Source: the human T2T-CHM13v2.0 reference genome, Homo sapiens
Assembly (NCBI RefSeq): GCF_009914755.1
Contig: NC_060925.1
Reading direction: 5' to 3' (one strand)
DNA length: 64,000 bases
The notes beneath the pieces are model-generated. The model searched no databases, was not told the DNA's origin, and saw nothing but the letters and a program-made list of their open reading frames with translations. Within the stretch, counting starts at the first letter, position 1; every line of letters begins with the position of its first letter. The translations under genes were made by a program, and so were the position numbers. Of the stretch, positions 1-12,970 are shown in pieces.

Positions 1-92
1 CATCATCGAATGGAATCGAATAGAATTATGGAATGAAATCCAGTGTGATCATCATCGAATGGACCCGAATGGAATCATCATCCAACGGAAGC

Positions 93-103
93 TAATGGAA
101 TCA
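93..103 (+). promoter_or_regulatory. DUX4-like motif TAATGGAATCA (example; usually two per unit, second at 936-946)
   Basis: Seen: TAATGGAATCA at 93 and 936. Established: DUX4 binds an 11-bp TAAYnnAATCA-type site and is reported to bind and activate HSATII. Inference: that these particular sites are bound; the central GG is not the optimal CT. Confidence 0.4.
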
Positions 104-800
104 ACATCGAATGAATCGAATGGAAACACCATCGAATTGAAACGAATGGAATTATCATGAAATTGAAATGGATGGACTCATCATCGAATGGATTCGAATG
201 GAATCATGGAATAAAATTGATTGAAATCATCATCCAATGGAATCGAATGGTATCATTGAATGGAATCGAATGGAATCATCATCAGATGGAAATGAATGGA
301 ATCGTCATAGAATGGAATCGAATGGATTCATTGAATGGAATCAGATGGAATCATCGAATGGACTGGAATGGAATCATTGAATGGACTCGAAAGGGATCAT
401 TATTGAATGGAATTGAATGGAATCATCGAATGGTCTCGATTGGAATCATTATCAAATGGAATCGAATGGAATCACCGAATAGAATCGAATGGAACAATCA
501 TCGAATGGACTCAAATGGAATTATCCTCAAATGGAATGGAATGGAATTATCGAATGCAATCGAATGGAATTATCGAATGCAATCGAATAGAATGATCGAA
601 TGGACTCGAATGGAATCATCGAATGGAATGGAATGGAACAGTCAATGAACTCGAATGGAATCATCATTGAATGGAATCGAATGGAATCATCGAGTGGAAT
701 CGAATGGAATTATGATCAAATGGAATCGAATGTAATCATCATCAAATGGAATCAAAAATAACCATCATCAATTGGTATTGAATGGAATTGTCATCAAATG

Positions 801-806
801 GAATTC
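801..806. other. EcoRI site (GAATTC), one per canonical unit (example)
   Basis: GAATTCAAAGG is at 801 and at the same offset in other units (e.g. 4351, 13251). There is an extra site at 9663 and none in the deleted unit 11107-12606. Confidence 0.85.
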
Positions 807-850
807 AAAGGAATCATCATCAAATGGAACCGAATGGAATCCTCATTGAA

Positions 851-1786
851 TGGAAATGAAAGGGGTCATCATCTAATGGAATCGCATGGAATCATCATCA
901 AATGGAATCGAATGGAATCATCATCAAATGGAATCTAATGGAATCATTGAACAGAATTGAATGGAATCGTCATCGAATGAATTGAATGCAATCATCGAAT
1001 GGTCTCGAATGGAATCATCTTCTAATGGAAAGGAATGGAATCATCGCATAGAATCGAATGGAATTATCATCGAATGGAATCGAATGGTATCAACACCAAA
1101 CGGAAAAAAACGGAATTATCGAATGGAATCGAAGAGAATCTTCGAACGGACCCGAATGGAATCATCTAATGGAATGGAATGGAATAATCCATGGACTCGA
1201 ATGCAATCATCATCGAATGGAATCGAATGGAATCATCGAATGGACTCGAATGGAATAATCATTGAACCGAATCGATTGGAATCATCATCGGATGGAAACG
1301 AATGGAATCATCATCGAATGGAAATGAAAGGAGTCATCATCTAATGGAATTGCATGGAATCATCATAAAATGGAATCGAATGGAATCAACATCAAATGGA
1401 ATCAAATGGAATCATTGAACGGAATTGAATGGAATCGTCATCGAATGAATTGACTGCAATCATCCAATGGTCTCGAATGGAATCATCTTCAAATGGAATG
1501 GAATGGAATCATCGCATAGAAACGAATGGAATTATCATCGAATGGAATCGAATGGAATCAACATCCAACGGAAAAAAACGGAATTATCGAATGGAATCGA
1601 AGAGAATCATCGAATGGACCCGAATGGAATCATGTAATGGAATGGAATGGAATAATCCATGGACTCGAATGCAATCATCATCGAATGGAATCGAATGGAA
1701 TCATCGAATGGACTCGAATGGAATAATCATTGAACGGAATCGAATGGAATCATCATCGGATGGAAATGAATGGAATCATCATCGAA
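851..1786. repeat. Internal 468-bp tandem duplication within the unit (A copy ~851-1318, B copy ~1319-1786)
   Basis: TGGAAATGAAAGG(G/A)GTCATC occurs at 851 and 1319, and the paired pseudo-ORFs start at 961 and 1429 (468 apart). Diagnostic A/B differences: TCTAATGGAAAGG vs TCAAATGGAATGG, GGTATCAACACCA vs GGAATCAACATC, ATCTTCGAACGG vs ATCATCGAATGG, GGAAACG vs GGAAATG. Confidence 0.92.
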
Positions 1787-4700
1787 TGGAATCGAATAGA
1801 ATTATGGAATGAAATCCAGTGTGATCATCATCGAATGGACCCGAATGGAATCATCATCCAACGGAAGCTAATGGAATCAACATCGAATGAATCAAATGGA
1901 AACACCATCGAATTGAAACGAATGGAATTATCATGAAATTGAAATGGATGGACTCATCATCGAATGGATTAATGGAATCATCGAATAAAATTGATTGAAA
2001 TCATCATCGAATGGAATCGAATGGTATCATTGAATGGAATCGAATGGAATCATCATCAGATGGAAATGAATGGAATCGTCATAGAATGGAATCGAATGGA
2101 TTCATTGAATGGAATCAGATGGAATCATCGAATGGACTGGAATGGAATCATTGAATGGACTCGAAAGGGATCATGATTGAATGGAATTGAATGGAATCAT
2201 CGAATGGTCTCGATTGGAATCATTATCAAATGGAATCGAATGGAATCACCGAATAGAATCGAATGGAACAATCATCGAATGGACTCAAATGGAATTATCC
2301 TCAAATGGAATCGAATGGAATTATCGAATGCAATCGACTGGAATTATCGAATGCAATCGAATAGAATCATCGAATGGACTCGAATGGAATCATCGAATGG
2401 AATGGAATGGAACAGTCAATGAACTCGAATGGAATCATCATTGAATGGAATCGAATGGAATCATCGAGTGGAATCGAATGGAATTATGATCAAATGGAAT
2501 CGAATGTAATCATCATCAAATGGAATCAAAAATAACCATCATCAATTGGTATTGAATGGAATTGTCATCAAATGGAATTCAAAGGAATCATCATCAAATG
2601 GAACCGAATGGAATCCTCATTGAATGGAAATGAAAGGGGTCATCATCTAATGGAATCGCATGGAATCATCATCAAATGGAATCGAATGGAATCATCATCA
2701 AATGGAATCTAATGGAATCATTGAACAGAATTGAATGGAATCGTCATCGAATGAATTGAATGCAATCATCGAATGGTCTCGAATGGAATCATCTTCTAAT
2801 GGAAAGGAATGGAATCATCGCATAGAATCGAATGGAATTATCATCGAATGGAATCGAATGGTATCAACACCAAACGGAAAAAAACGGAATTATCAAATGG
2901 AATCGAAGAGAATCTTCGAACGGACCCGAATGGAATCATCTAATGGAATGGAATGGAATAATCCATGGACTCGAATGCAATCATCATCGAATGGAATCGA
3001 ATGGAATCATCGAATGGACTCGAATGGAATAATCATTGAACGGAATCGAATGGAATCATCATCGGATGGAAACGAATGGAATCATCATCGAATGGAAATG
3101 AAAGGAGTCATCATCTAATGGAATTGCATGGAATCATCATAAAATGGAATCGAATGGAATCAACATCAAATGGAATCAAATGGAATCATTGAACGGAATT
3201 GAATGGAATCGTCATCGAATGAATTGACTGCAATCATCCAATGGTCTCGAATGGAATCATCTTCAAATGGAATGGAATGGAATCATCGCATAGAATCGAA
3301 TGGAATTATCATCGAATGGAATCGAATGGAATCAACATCAAACGGAAAAAAACGGAATTATCGAATGGAATCGAAGAGAATCATCGAATGGACCCGAATG
3401 GAATCATGTAATGGAATGGAATGGAATAATCCATGGACTCGAATGCAATCATCATCGAATGGAATCGAATGGAATCATCGAATGGACTCGAATGGAATAA
3501 TCATTGAACGGAATCGAATGGAATCATCATCGGATGGAAATGAATGGAATCATCATCGAATGGAATCGAATAGAATTATGGAATGAAATCCAGTGTGATC
3601 ATCATCGAATGGACCCGAATGGAATCATCATCCAACGGAAGCTAATGGAATCAACATCGAATGAATCGAATGGAAACACCATCGAATTGAAACGAATGGA
3701 ATTATCATGAAATTGAAATGGATGGACTCATCATCGAATGGATTCGAATGGAATCATCGAATAAAATTGATTGAAATCATCATCGAATGGAATCGAAAGG
3801 TATCATTGAATGGAATCGAATGGAATCATCATCAGATGGAAATGAATGGAATCGTCATAGAATGGAATCGAATGGATTCATTGAATGGAATCAGATGGAA
3901 TCATCGAATGGACTGGAATGGAATCATTGAATGGACTCGAAAGGGATCATGATTGAATGGAATTGAATGGAATCATCGAATGGTCTCGATTGGAATCATT
4001 ATCAAATGGAATCGAATGGAATCACCGAATAGAATCGAATGGAACAATCATCGAATGGACTCAAATGGAATTATCCTCCAATGGAATCGAATGGAATTAT
4101 CGAATGCAATCGAATGGAATTATCGAATGCAATCGAATAGAATCATCGAATGGACTCGAATGGAATCATCGAATGGAATGGAATGGAACAGTCAATGAAC
4201 TCGAATGGAATCATCATTGAATGGAATCGAATGGAATCATCGAGTGGAATCGAATGGAATTATGATCAAATGGAATCGAATGTAATCATCATCAAATGGA
4301 ATCAAAAATAACCATCATCAATTGGTATTGAATGGAATTGTCATCAAATGGAATTCAAAGGAATCATCATCAAATGGAACCGAATGGAATCCTCATTGAA
4401 TGGAAATGAAAGGGGTCATCATCTAATGGAATCGCATGGAATCATCATCAAATGGAATCGAATGGAATCATCATCAAATGGAATCTAATGGAATCATTGA
4501 ACAGAATTGAATGGAATCGTCATCGAATGAATTGAATGCAATCATCGAATGGTCTCGAATGGATTCATCTTCTAATGGAAAGGAATGGAATCATCGCATA
4601 GAATCGAATGGAATTATCATCGAATGGAATCGAATGGTATCAACACCAAACGGAAAAAAACGGAATTATCGAATGGAATCGAAGAGAATCTTCGAACGGA

Positions 4701-7700
4701 CCCGAATGGAATCATCTAATGGAATGGAATGGAATAATCCATGGACTCGAATGCAATCATCATCGAATGGAATCGAATGGAATCATCGAATGTACTCGAA
4801 TGGAATAATCATTGAACGGAATCGATTGGAATCATCATCGGATGGAAACGAATGGAATCATCATCGAATGGAAATGAAAGGAGTCATCATCTAATGGAAT
4901 TGCATGGAATCATCATAAAATGGAATCGAATGGAATCAACATCAAATGGAATCAAATGGAATCATTGAACGGAATTGAATGGAATTGTCATCGAATGAAT
5001 TGACTGCAATCATCCAATGGTCTCGAATGGAATCATCTTCAAATGGAATGGAATGGAATCTTCGCATAGAATCGAATGGAATTATCATCGAATGGAATCG
5101 AATGCAATCAACATCCAACGGAAAAAAACGGAATTATCGAATGGAATCGAAGAGAATCATCGAATGGACCCGAATGGAATCATCTAATGGAATGGAATGG
5201 AATAATCCATGGACTCGAATGCAATCATCATCGAATGGAATCGAATGGAATCATCGAATGGACTCGAATGGAATAATGATTGAACGGAATCGAATGGAAT
5301 CATCATCGGATGGAAATGAATGGAATCATCATCGAATGGAATCGAATAGAATTATGGAATGAAATCCAGTGTGATCATCATCGAATGGACCCGAATGGAA
5401 TCATCATCCAACGGAAGCTAATGGAATCAACATCGAATGAATCAAATGGAAACACCATCGAATTGAAACGAATGGAATTATCATGAAATTGAAATGGATG
5501 GACTCATCATCGAATGGATTCGAATGGAATCATCGAATAAAATTGATTGAAATCATCATCGAATGGAATCGAATGGTATCATTGAATGGAATCGAATGGA
5601 ATCATCATCAGATGGAAATGAATGGAATCGTCATAGAATGGAATCGAATGGATTCATTGAATGGAATCAGATGGAATCATCGAATGGAGTGGAATGGAAT
5701 CATTGAATGGACTCGAAAGGGATCATGATTGAATGGAATTGAATGGAATCATCGAATGGTCTCGATTGGAATCATTATCAAATGGAATCGAATGGAATCA
5801 CCGAATAGAATCGAATGGAACAATCATCGAATGGACTCAAATGGAATTATCCTCAAATGGAATCGAATGGAATTATCGAATGCAATCGAATGGAATTATC
5901 GAATGCAATCGAATAGAATCATCGAATGGACTCGAATGGAATCATCGAATGGAATGGAATGGAACAGTCAATGAACTCGAATGGAATCATCATTGAATGG
6001 AATCGAATGGAATCATCGAGTGGAATTGAATGGAATTATGATCAAATGGAATCGAATGTAATCATCATCAAATGGAATCAAAAATAACCATCATCAATTG
6101 GTATTGAATGGAATTGTCATCAAATGGAATTCAAAGGAATCATCATCAAATGGAACCGAATGGAATCCTCATTGAATGGAAATGAAAGGGGTCATCATCT
6201 AATGGAATCGCATGGAATCATCATAAAATGGAATCGAATGGAATCAACATCAAATGGAATCAAATGGAATCATTGAACGGAATTGAATGGAATCGTCATC
6301 GAATGAATTGGATGCAATCATCGAATGGTCTCGAATGGAATCTTCTTCAAATGGAATGGAATGGAATCATCGCATAGAATCGAATGGAATTATCATCGAA
6401 TGGAATCGAATGGAATCAACATCAAACGGAAAAAAACGGAATTATCGAATGGAATCGAAGAGAATCATCGAATGGACCCGAATGGAATCATCTAATGGAA
6501 TGGAATGGAATAATCCATGGACTCGAATGCAATCATCATCGAATGGAATCGAATGGAATCATCGAATGGACTCGAATGGAATAATCATTGAACGGAATCG
6601 ATTGGAATCATCATCGGATGGAAACGAATGGAATCATCATCGAATGGAAATGAAAGGAGTCATCATCTAATGGAATTGCATGGAATCATCATAAAATGGA
6701 ATCGAATGGAATCAACATCAAATGGAATCAAATGGAATCATTGAACGGAATTGAATGGAATCGTCATCGAATGAATTGACTGCAATCATCCAATGGTCTC
6801 GAATGGAATCATCTTCAAATGGAATGGAATGGAATCATCGCATAGAAACGAATGGAATTATCATCGAATGGAATCGAATGGAATCAACATCCAACGGAAA
6901 AAAAACGGAATTATCGAATGGAATCAAAGAGAATCATCGAATGGACCCGAATGGAATCATCTAATGGAATGGAATGGAATAATCCATGGACTCGAATGCA
7001 ATCATCATCGAATGGAATCGAATGGAATCATCGAATGGACTCGAATGGAATAATCATTGAACGGAATCGAATGGAATCATCATCGGATGGAAATGAATGG
7101 AATCATCATCGAATGGAATCGAATAGAATTATGGAATGAAATCCAGTGTGATCATCATCGAATGGACCCGAATGGAATCATCATCCAACGGAAGCTAATG
7201 GAATCAACATCGAATGAATCGAATGGAAACACCATCGAATTGAAACGAATGGAATTATCATGAAATTGAAATGGATGGACTCATCATCGAATGGATTCGA
7301 ATGGAATCATCGAATAAAAGTGATTGAAATCATCATCGAATGGAATCGAATGGTATCATTGAATGGAATCGAATGGAATCATCATCAGATGGAAATGAAT
7401 GGAATCGTCATAGAATGGAATCGAATGGATTCATTGAATGGAATCAGATGGAATCATCGAATGGACTGGAATGGAATCATTGAATGGACTCGAAAGGGAT
7501 CATGATTGAATGGAATTGAATGGAATCATCAAATGGTCTCGATTGGAATCATTATCAAATGGAATCGAATGGAATCACCGAATAGAATCGAATGGAACAA
7601 TCATCGAATGGACTCAAATGGAATTATCCTCAAATGGAATCGAATGGAATTATCGAATACAATCGAATGGAATTATCGAATGCAATCGAATAGAATCATC

Positions 7701-8049
7701 AAATGGACTCGAATGGAATCATCGAATGGAATGGAATGGAACAGTCAATGAACACGAATGGAATCATCATTGAATGGAATCGAATGGAATCATCGAGTGG
7801 AATCGAATGGAATTATGATCAAATGGAATCGAATGTAATCATCATCAAATGGAATCAAAAATAACCATCATCAATTGGTATTGAATGGAATTGTCATCAA
7901 ATGGAATTCAAAGGAATCATCATCAAATGGAACCGAATGGAATCCTCATTGAATGGAAATGAAAGGGGTCATCATCTAATGGAATCGCATGGAATCATCA
8001 TCAAATGGAATCGAATGGAATCATCATCAAATGGAATCTAATGGAATCA

Positions 8050-11000
8050 TTGAAAGAATTGAATGGAATCATCATCGAATGAATTGAATGCAATCATCGA
8101 ATGGTCTCGAATGGAATCATCTTCTAATGGAAAGGAATGGAATCATCGCATAGAATCGAATGGAATTATCATCGAATGGAATCGAATGGTATCAACACCA
8201 AACGGAAAAAAACGGAATTATCGAATGGAATCGAAGAGAATCTTCGAACGGACCCGAATGGAATCATCTAATGGAATGGAATGGAATAATCCGTGGACTC
8301 GAATGCAATCATCATCGAATGGAATCGAATGGAATCATCGAATGGACTCGAATGGAATAATCATTGAACGGAATCGAATGGAATCATCATCGGACGGAAA
8401 CGAATGGAATCATCATCGAATGGGAATGAAAGGAGTCATCATCTAATGGAATTGCATGGAATCATCATAAAATGGAATCGAATGGAATCAACATCAAATG
8501 GAATCAAATGGAATCATTGAACGGAATTGAATGGAATCGTCATCGAATGAATTGAATGCAATCATCGAATGGTCTCAAATGGAATCATCTTCAAATGGAA
8601 TGGAATGGAATCATCGCATAGAATCGAATGGAATTATCATCGAATGTAATCGAATGGAATCAACACCAAACGGAAAAAAACGGATTTATCGAATGGAATC
8701 GAAGAGAATCATCGAATGGACCCGAATGGAATCATCTAATGGAATGGAATGGAATAATCCATGGACTCGAATGCAATCATCATCGAATGGAATCGAATGG
8801 AATCATCGAATGGACTCGAATGGAATAATCATTGAATGGAATCGAATGGAATCATCATCGGATGGAAATGAATGGAATCATCATCGAATGGAATCGAATA
8901 GAATTATGGAATGAAATCCAGTGTGATCATCATCGAATGGACCCGAATGGAATCATCATCCAACGGAAGCTAATGGAATCAACATCGAATGAATCAAATG
9001 GAAACACCATCGAATTGAAACGAATGGAATTACCATGAAATTGAAATGGATGGACTCATCATCAAATGGATTTGAGTGGAATCATCGAATAAAATTGATT
9101 GAAATCATCATCGAATGGAATCGAATGGTATCATTGAATGGAATCGAATGCAATCATCATCAGATGGAAATGAAAGGAATCGTCATAGAATGGAATCGAA
9201 TGGATTCATTGAATGGAATCAGATGGAATCATTGAATGGACTGGAATGGAATCATTGAATGGACTCGAAAGGGATCATTATTGAATGGAATTGAATGGAA
9301 TCATCGAATGGTCTCGATTGGAATCATTATCAAATGGAATCGAATGGAATCACCGAATAGAATCGAATGGAACAATCATCGAATGGACTCAAATGGAATT
9401 ATCCTCAAATGGAATTGAATGGAATTATCGAATGCAATCGAATGGAATTATCGAATGCAATCGAATAGAATCATCGAATGGACTCGAATGGAATCATCGA
9501 ATGGAATGGAATGGAACAGTCAATGAACTCGAATGGAATCATCATTGAATGGAATCGAATGGAATCATCGAGTGGAATCGAATGTAATCATCATCAAATG
9601 GAATCAAAAATAACCATCATCAAATGGAATCAAAAATAACCATCATCAATTGGTATTGAATGGAATTCTCATCAAATGGAATTCAAAGGAATCATCATCA
9701 AATGGAACCGAATGGAATCCTCATTGAATGGAAATGAAAGGGGTCATCATCTAATGGAATCGCATGGAATCATCATCAAATGGAATCGAATGGAATCATC
9801 ATCAAATGGAATCTAATGGAATCATTGAACAGAATTGAATGGAATCGTCATCGAATGAATTGAATGCAATCATCGAATGGTCTCGAATGGAATCATCTTC
9901 TAATGGAAAGGAATGGAATCATCGCATAGAATCGAATGGAATTATCATCGAATGGAATCGAATGGTATCAACACCAAACGGAAAAAAACGGAATTATCGA
10001 ATGGAATCGAAGAGAATCTTCGAACGGACCCGAATGGAATCATCTAATGGAATGGAATGGAATAATCCATGGACTCGAATGCAATCATCATCGAATGGAA
10101 TCGAATGGAATCATCGAATGGACTCGAATGGAATAATCATTGAACGGAATCGAATGGAATCATCATCGGATGGAAACGAATGGAATCATCATCGAATGGA
10201 AATGAAAGGAGTCATCATCTAATGGAATTGCATGGAATCATCATCAAATGGAATCGAATGGAATCAACATCAAATGGAATCAAATGGAATCATTGAACGG
10301 AATTGAATGGAATCGTCATCGAATGAATTGAACGCAATCATCGAATGGTCTCGAATGGAATCATCTTCAAATGGAATGGAATGGAATCATCGCATAGAAT
10401 CGAATGGAATTATCATCGAATGGAATCGAATGGTATCAACATCAAACGGAAAAAAACGGAATTATCGAATGGAATCGAAGAGAATCCTCGAACGGACCCG
10501 AATGGAGTCATCTAATGGAATGGAATGGAATAATCCACGGACTCGAATGCAATCATCATCGAATGGAATCGAATGGAATCATCGAATGGACTCGAATGGA
10601 ATAATCATTGAACAGAATCGAATGGAATCATCATCGGATGGAAACGAATGGAATCATCATCGAATGGAAATGAAAGGAGTCATCATCTAATGGAATTGCA
10701 TGGAATCATCATAAAATGGAATCGAATGGAATCAACATCAAACGGAAAAAAACGGAATTATCGAATGGAATCGAATAGAATCATCGAATGGACCCGAATC
10801 GAATCATCTAATGGAATGGAATGGAATAATCCGTGGACTCGAATGCAATCATCATCGAATGTAATCGAATGGAATCATCCAATGGACTCGAATGGAATAA
10901 TCATTGAACGGAATCGAATGGAATCATCATCGGATGGAAATGAATGGAATCATCATCGAATGGAATCGAATAGAATTATGGAATGAAATCCAGTGTGATC

Positions 11001-12970
11001 ATCATCGAATGGACCCGAATGGAATCATCATCCAACGGATGCTAATGGAATCAACATCGAATGAATCAAATGGAAACACCATCGAATTGAAACGAATGGA
11101 ATTACCATGAAATTGAAATGGTTGGACTCATCATCGAATGGATTCGAATGGAATCATCGAATAAAATTGATTGAAATCATCATCGAATGGAATCGAATGG
11201 TATCATTGAATGGAATCGAATGCAATCATCATCAGATAGAAATGAATGGAATCGTCATAGAATGGAATCGAATGGATTCATTGAATGGAATCAGATGGAA
11301 TCATCGAATGGACTGGAATGGAATTATTGAATGGACACGAAAGAGATCATGATTGAATGGAATTGAATGGAATCATCGAATGGTCTCGATTGGAATCATT
11401 ATCAAATGGAATCGAATGGAATCACCGAATAGATTCGAATGGAACAATCATCGAATGGACTCAAATGGAATTATCCTCAAATGGAATGGAGTGGAATTAT
11501 CGAATGCAATCGAATGGAATTATCGAATGCAATCGAATAGAATCATTGAATGGACTCGAATGGAATAATCATTGAACGGAATCGAATGGAATCATCATCG
11601 GATGGAAACGAATGGAATCATCATCGAATGGAAATGAAAGGAGACATCATCTAATGGAATTGCATGGAATCATCATAAAATGGAATCGAATGGAATCAAC
11701 ATCAAATGGAATCAAATGGAATCATTGAACGGAATTGAATGGAATCGTCATCGAATGAATTGAATGCAATCATCGAATGGTCTCGAATGTAATCATCTTC
11801 AAATGGAATGGAATGGAATCATCGCATAGAATCGAATGGAATTACCATCGAATGGAATCGAATGGAATCAACATCAAACGGAAAAAAACGGAATTATCGA
11901 ATGGAATCGAAGAGAATCATCGAATGGACCCGAATGGAATCATCTAATGGAATGGAATGGAATAATCCATGGACTCGAATGCAATCATCATCGAATGGAA
12001 TCGAATGGAATCATCGAATGGACCCGAATGGAATAATCATTGAATGGAATCGAATGGAATCAACATCAAATGGAATCAAATGAAATCATTGAACGGAATT
12101 GAATGGAATCGTCATCGAATGAATTGAATGCAATCATCGAATGGTCTCGAATGGAATCATCTTCAAATGGAATGGAATGGAATCATCGCATAGAATCGAA
12201 TGGAATTATCATTGAATGGAATCGAATCGAATCAACATCAAACGGAAAAAAACGGAATTATCGAATGGAATCGAAGAGAATCATCGAATGGACCCGAATG
12301 GAATCATCTAATGGAATGGAATGGAATAATCCACGGACTCGAATGCAATCATCATCGAATGGAATCGAATGGAATCATCCAATGGACTCGAATGGAATAA
12401 TCATTGAACGGAATCGAATGGAATCATCATCGGATGGAAATGAATGGAATCATCATCGAATGGAATCGAATAGAATTATGGAATGAAATCCAGTGTGATC
12501 ATCATCGAATGGACCCGAATGGAATCATCATCCAACGGAAGCTAATGGAATCAACATCGAATGAATCAAATGGAAACACCATCGAATTGAAACGAATGGA
12601 ATTACCATGAAATTGAAATGGATGGACTCATCATCGAATGGATTCGAATGGAATCATCGAATAAAATTGATTGAAATCATCATCGAATGGAATCGAATGG
12701 TATCATTGAATGGAATCGAATGGAATCATCATAAGATGGAAATGAATGGAATCGTCATAGAATGGAATCGAATGGATTCATTGAATGGAATCAGATGGAA
12801 TCATCGAATGGACTGGAATGGAATCATTGAATGGACTCGAAAGGGATCATGATTGAATGGAATTGAATGGAATCATCGAATGGTCTCGATTGGAATCATT
12901 ATCAAATGGAATCGAATGGAATCACCGAATAGAATCGAATGGAACAATCATCGAATGGACTCAAAAGGAA
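8050..12970. repeat. Diverged, rearranged HSat2 island containing a 2072-bp unit and a 1500-bp unit
   Basis: Anchor spacings are 9035->11107 (2072) and 11107->12607 (1500). There are many private substitutions, and the shared marker TTACCATGAAA lies just before anchors 9035, 11107 and 12607 only. Confidence 0.88.

Larger units (their letters stand above)
157..1932. repeat. Canonical 1776-bp repeat unit (example copy, U1)
   Basis: The anchor ATGAAATTGAAATGG occurs at 157, 1933, 3707, 5483, 7260, 9035, 11107, 12607, 14382, 16158, 17934, 19711, 21487, 23263, 25039, 26815, 28591, 30367, 32143, 33919, 35695, 37471, 38779, 40555, 42331, 43639, 45415, 47191, 48499, 50275, 51583, 52891, 54667, 55975, 57283, 58591, 60367, 62143 and 63451. 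The modal spacing is 1776. Confidence 0.95.

Noticed and set aside
210-215. AATAAA polyadenylation-like hexamer once per unit
   Set aside because: There is no transcript context or clear GU-rich downstream element, and it is expected by chance in A-rich sequence.
624-640. GGAATG (TEAD/MCAT-like) and nGAAn (HSF-like) motifs in short GGAAT runs
   Set aside because: Such matches are unavoidable in this satellite, and nothing in the sequence singles out specific sites as functional.
9035-12606. U6 (+296) and U7 (-276) as reciprocal or compensating products
   Set aside because: The sum is 3572, not 3552, and the breakpoints are not reciprocal, so the near-compensation appears coincidental.
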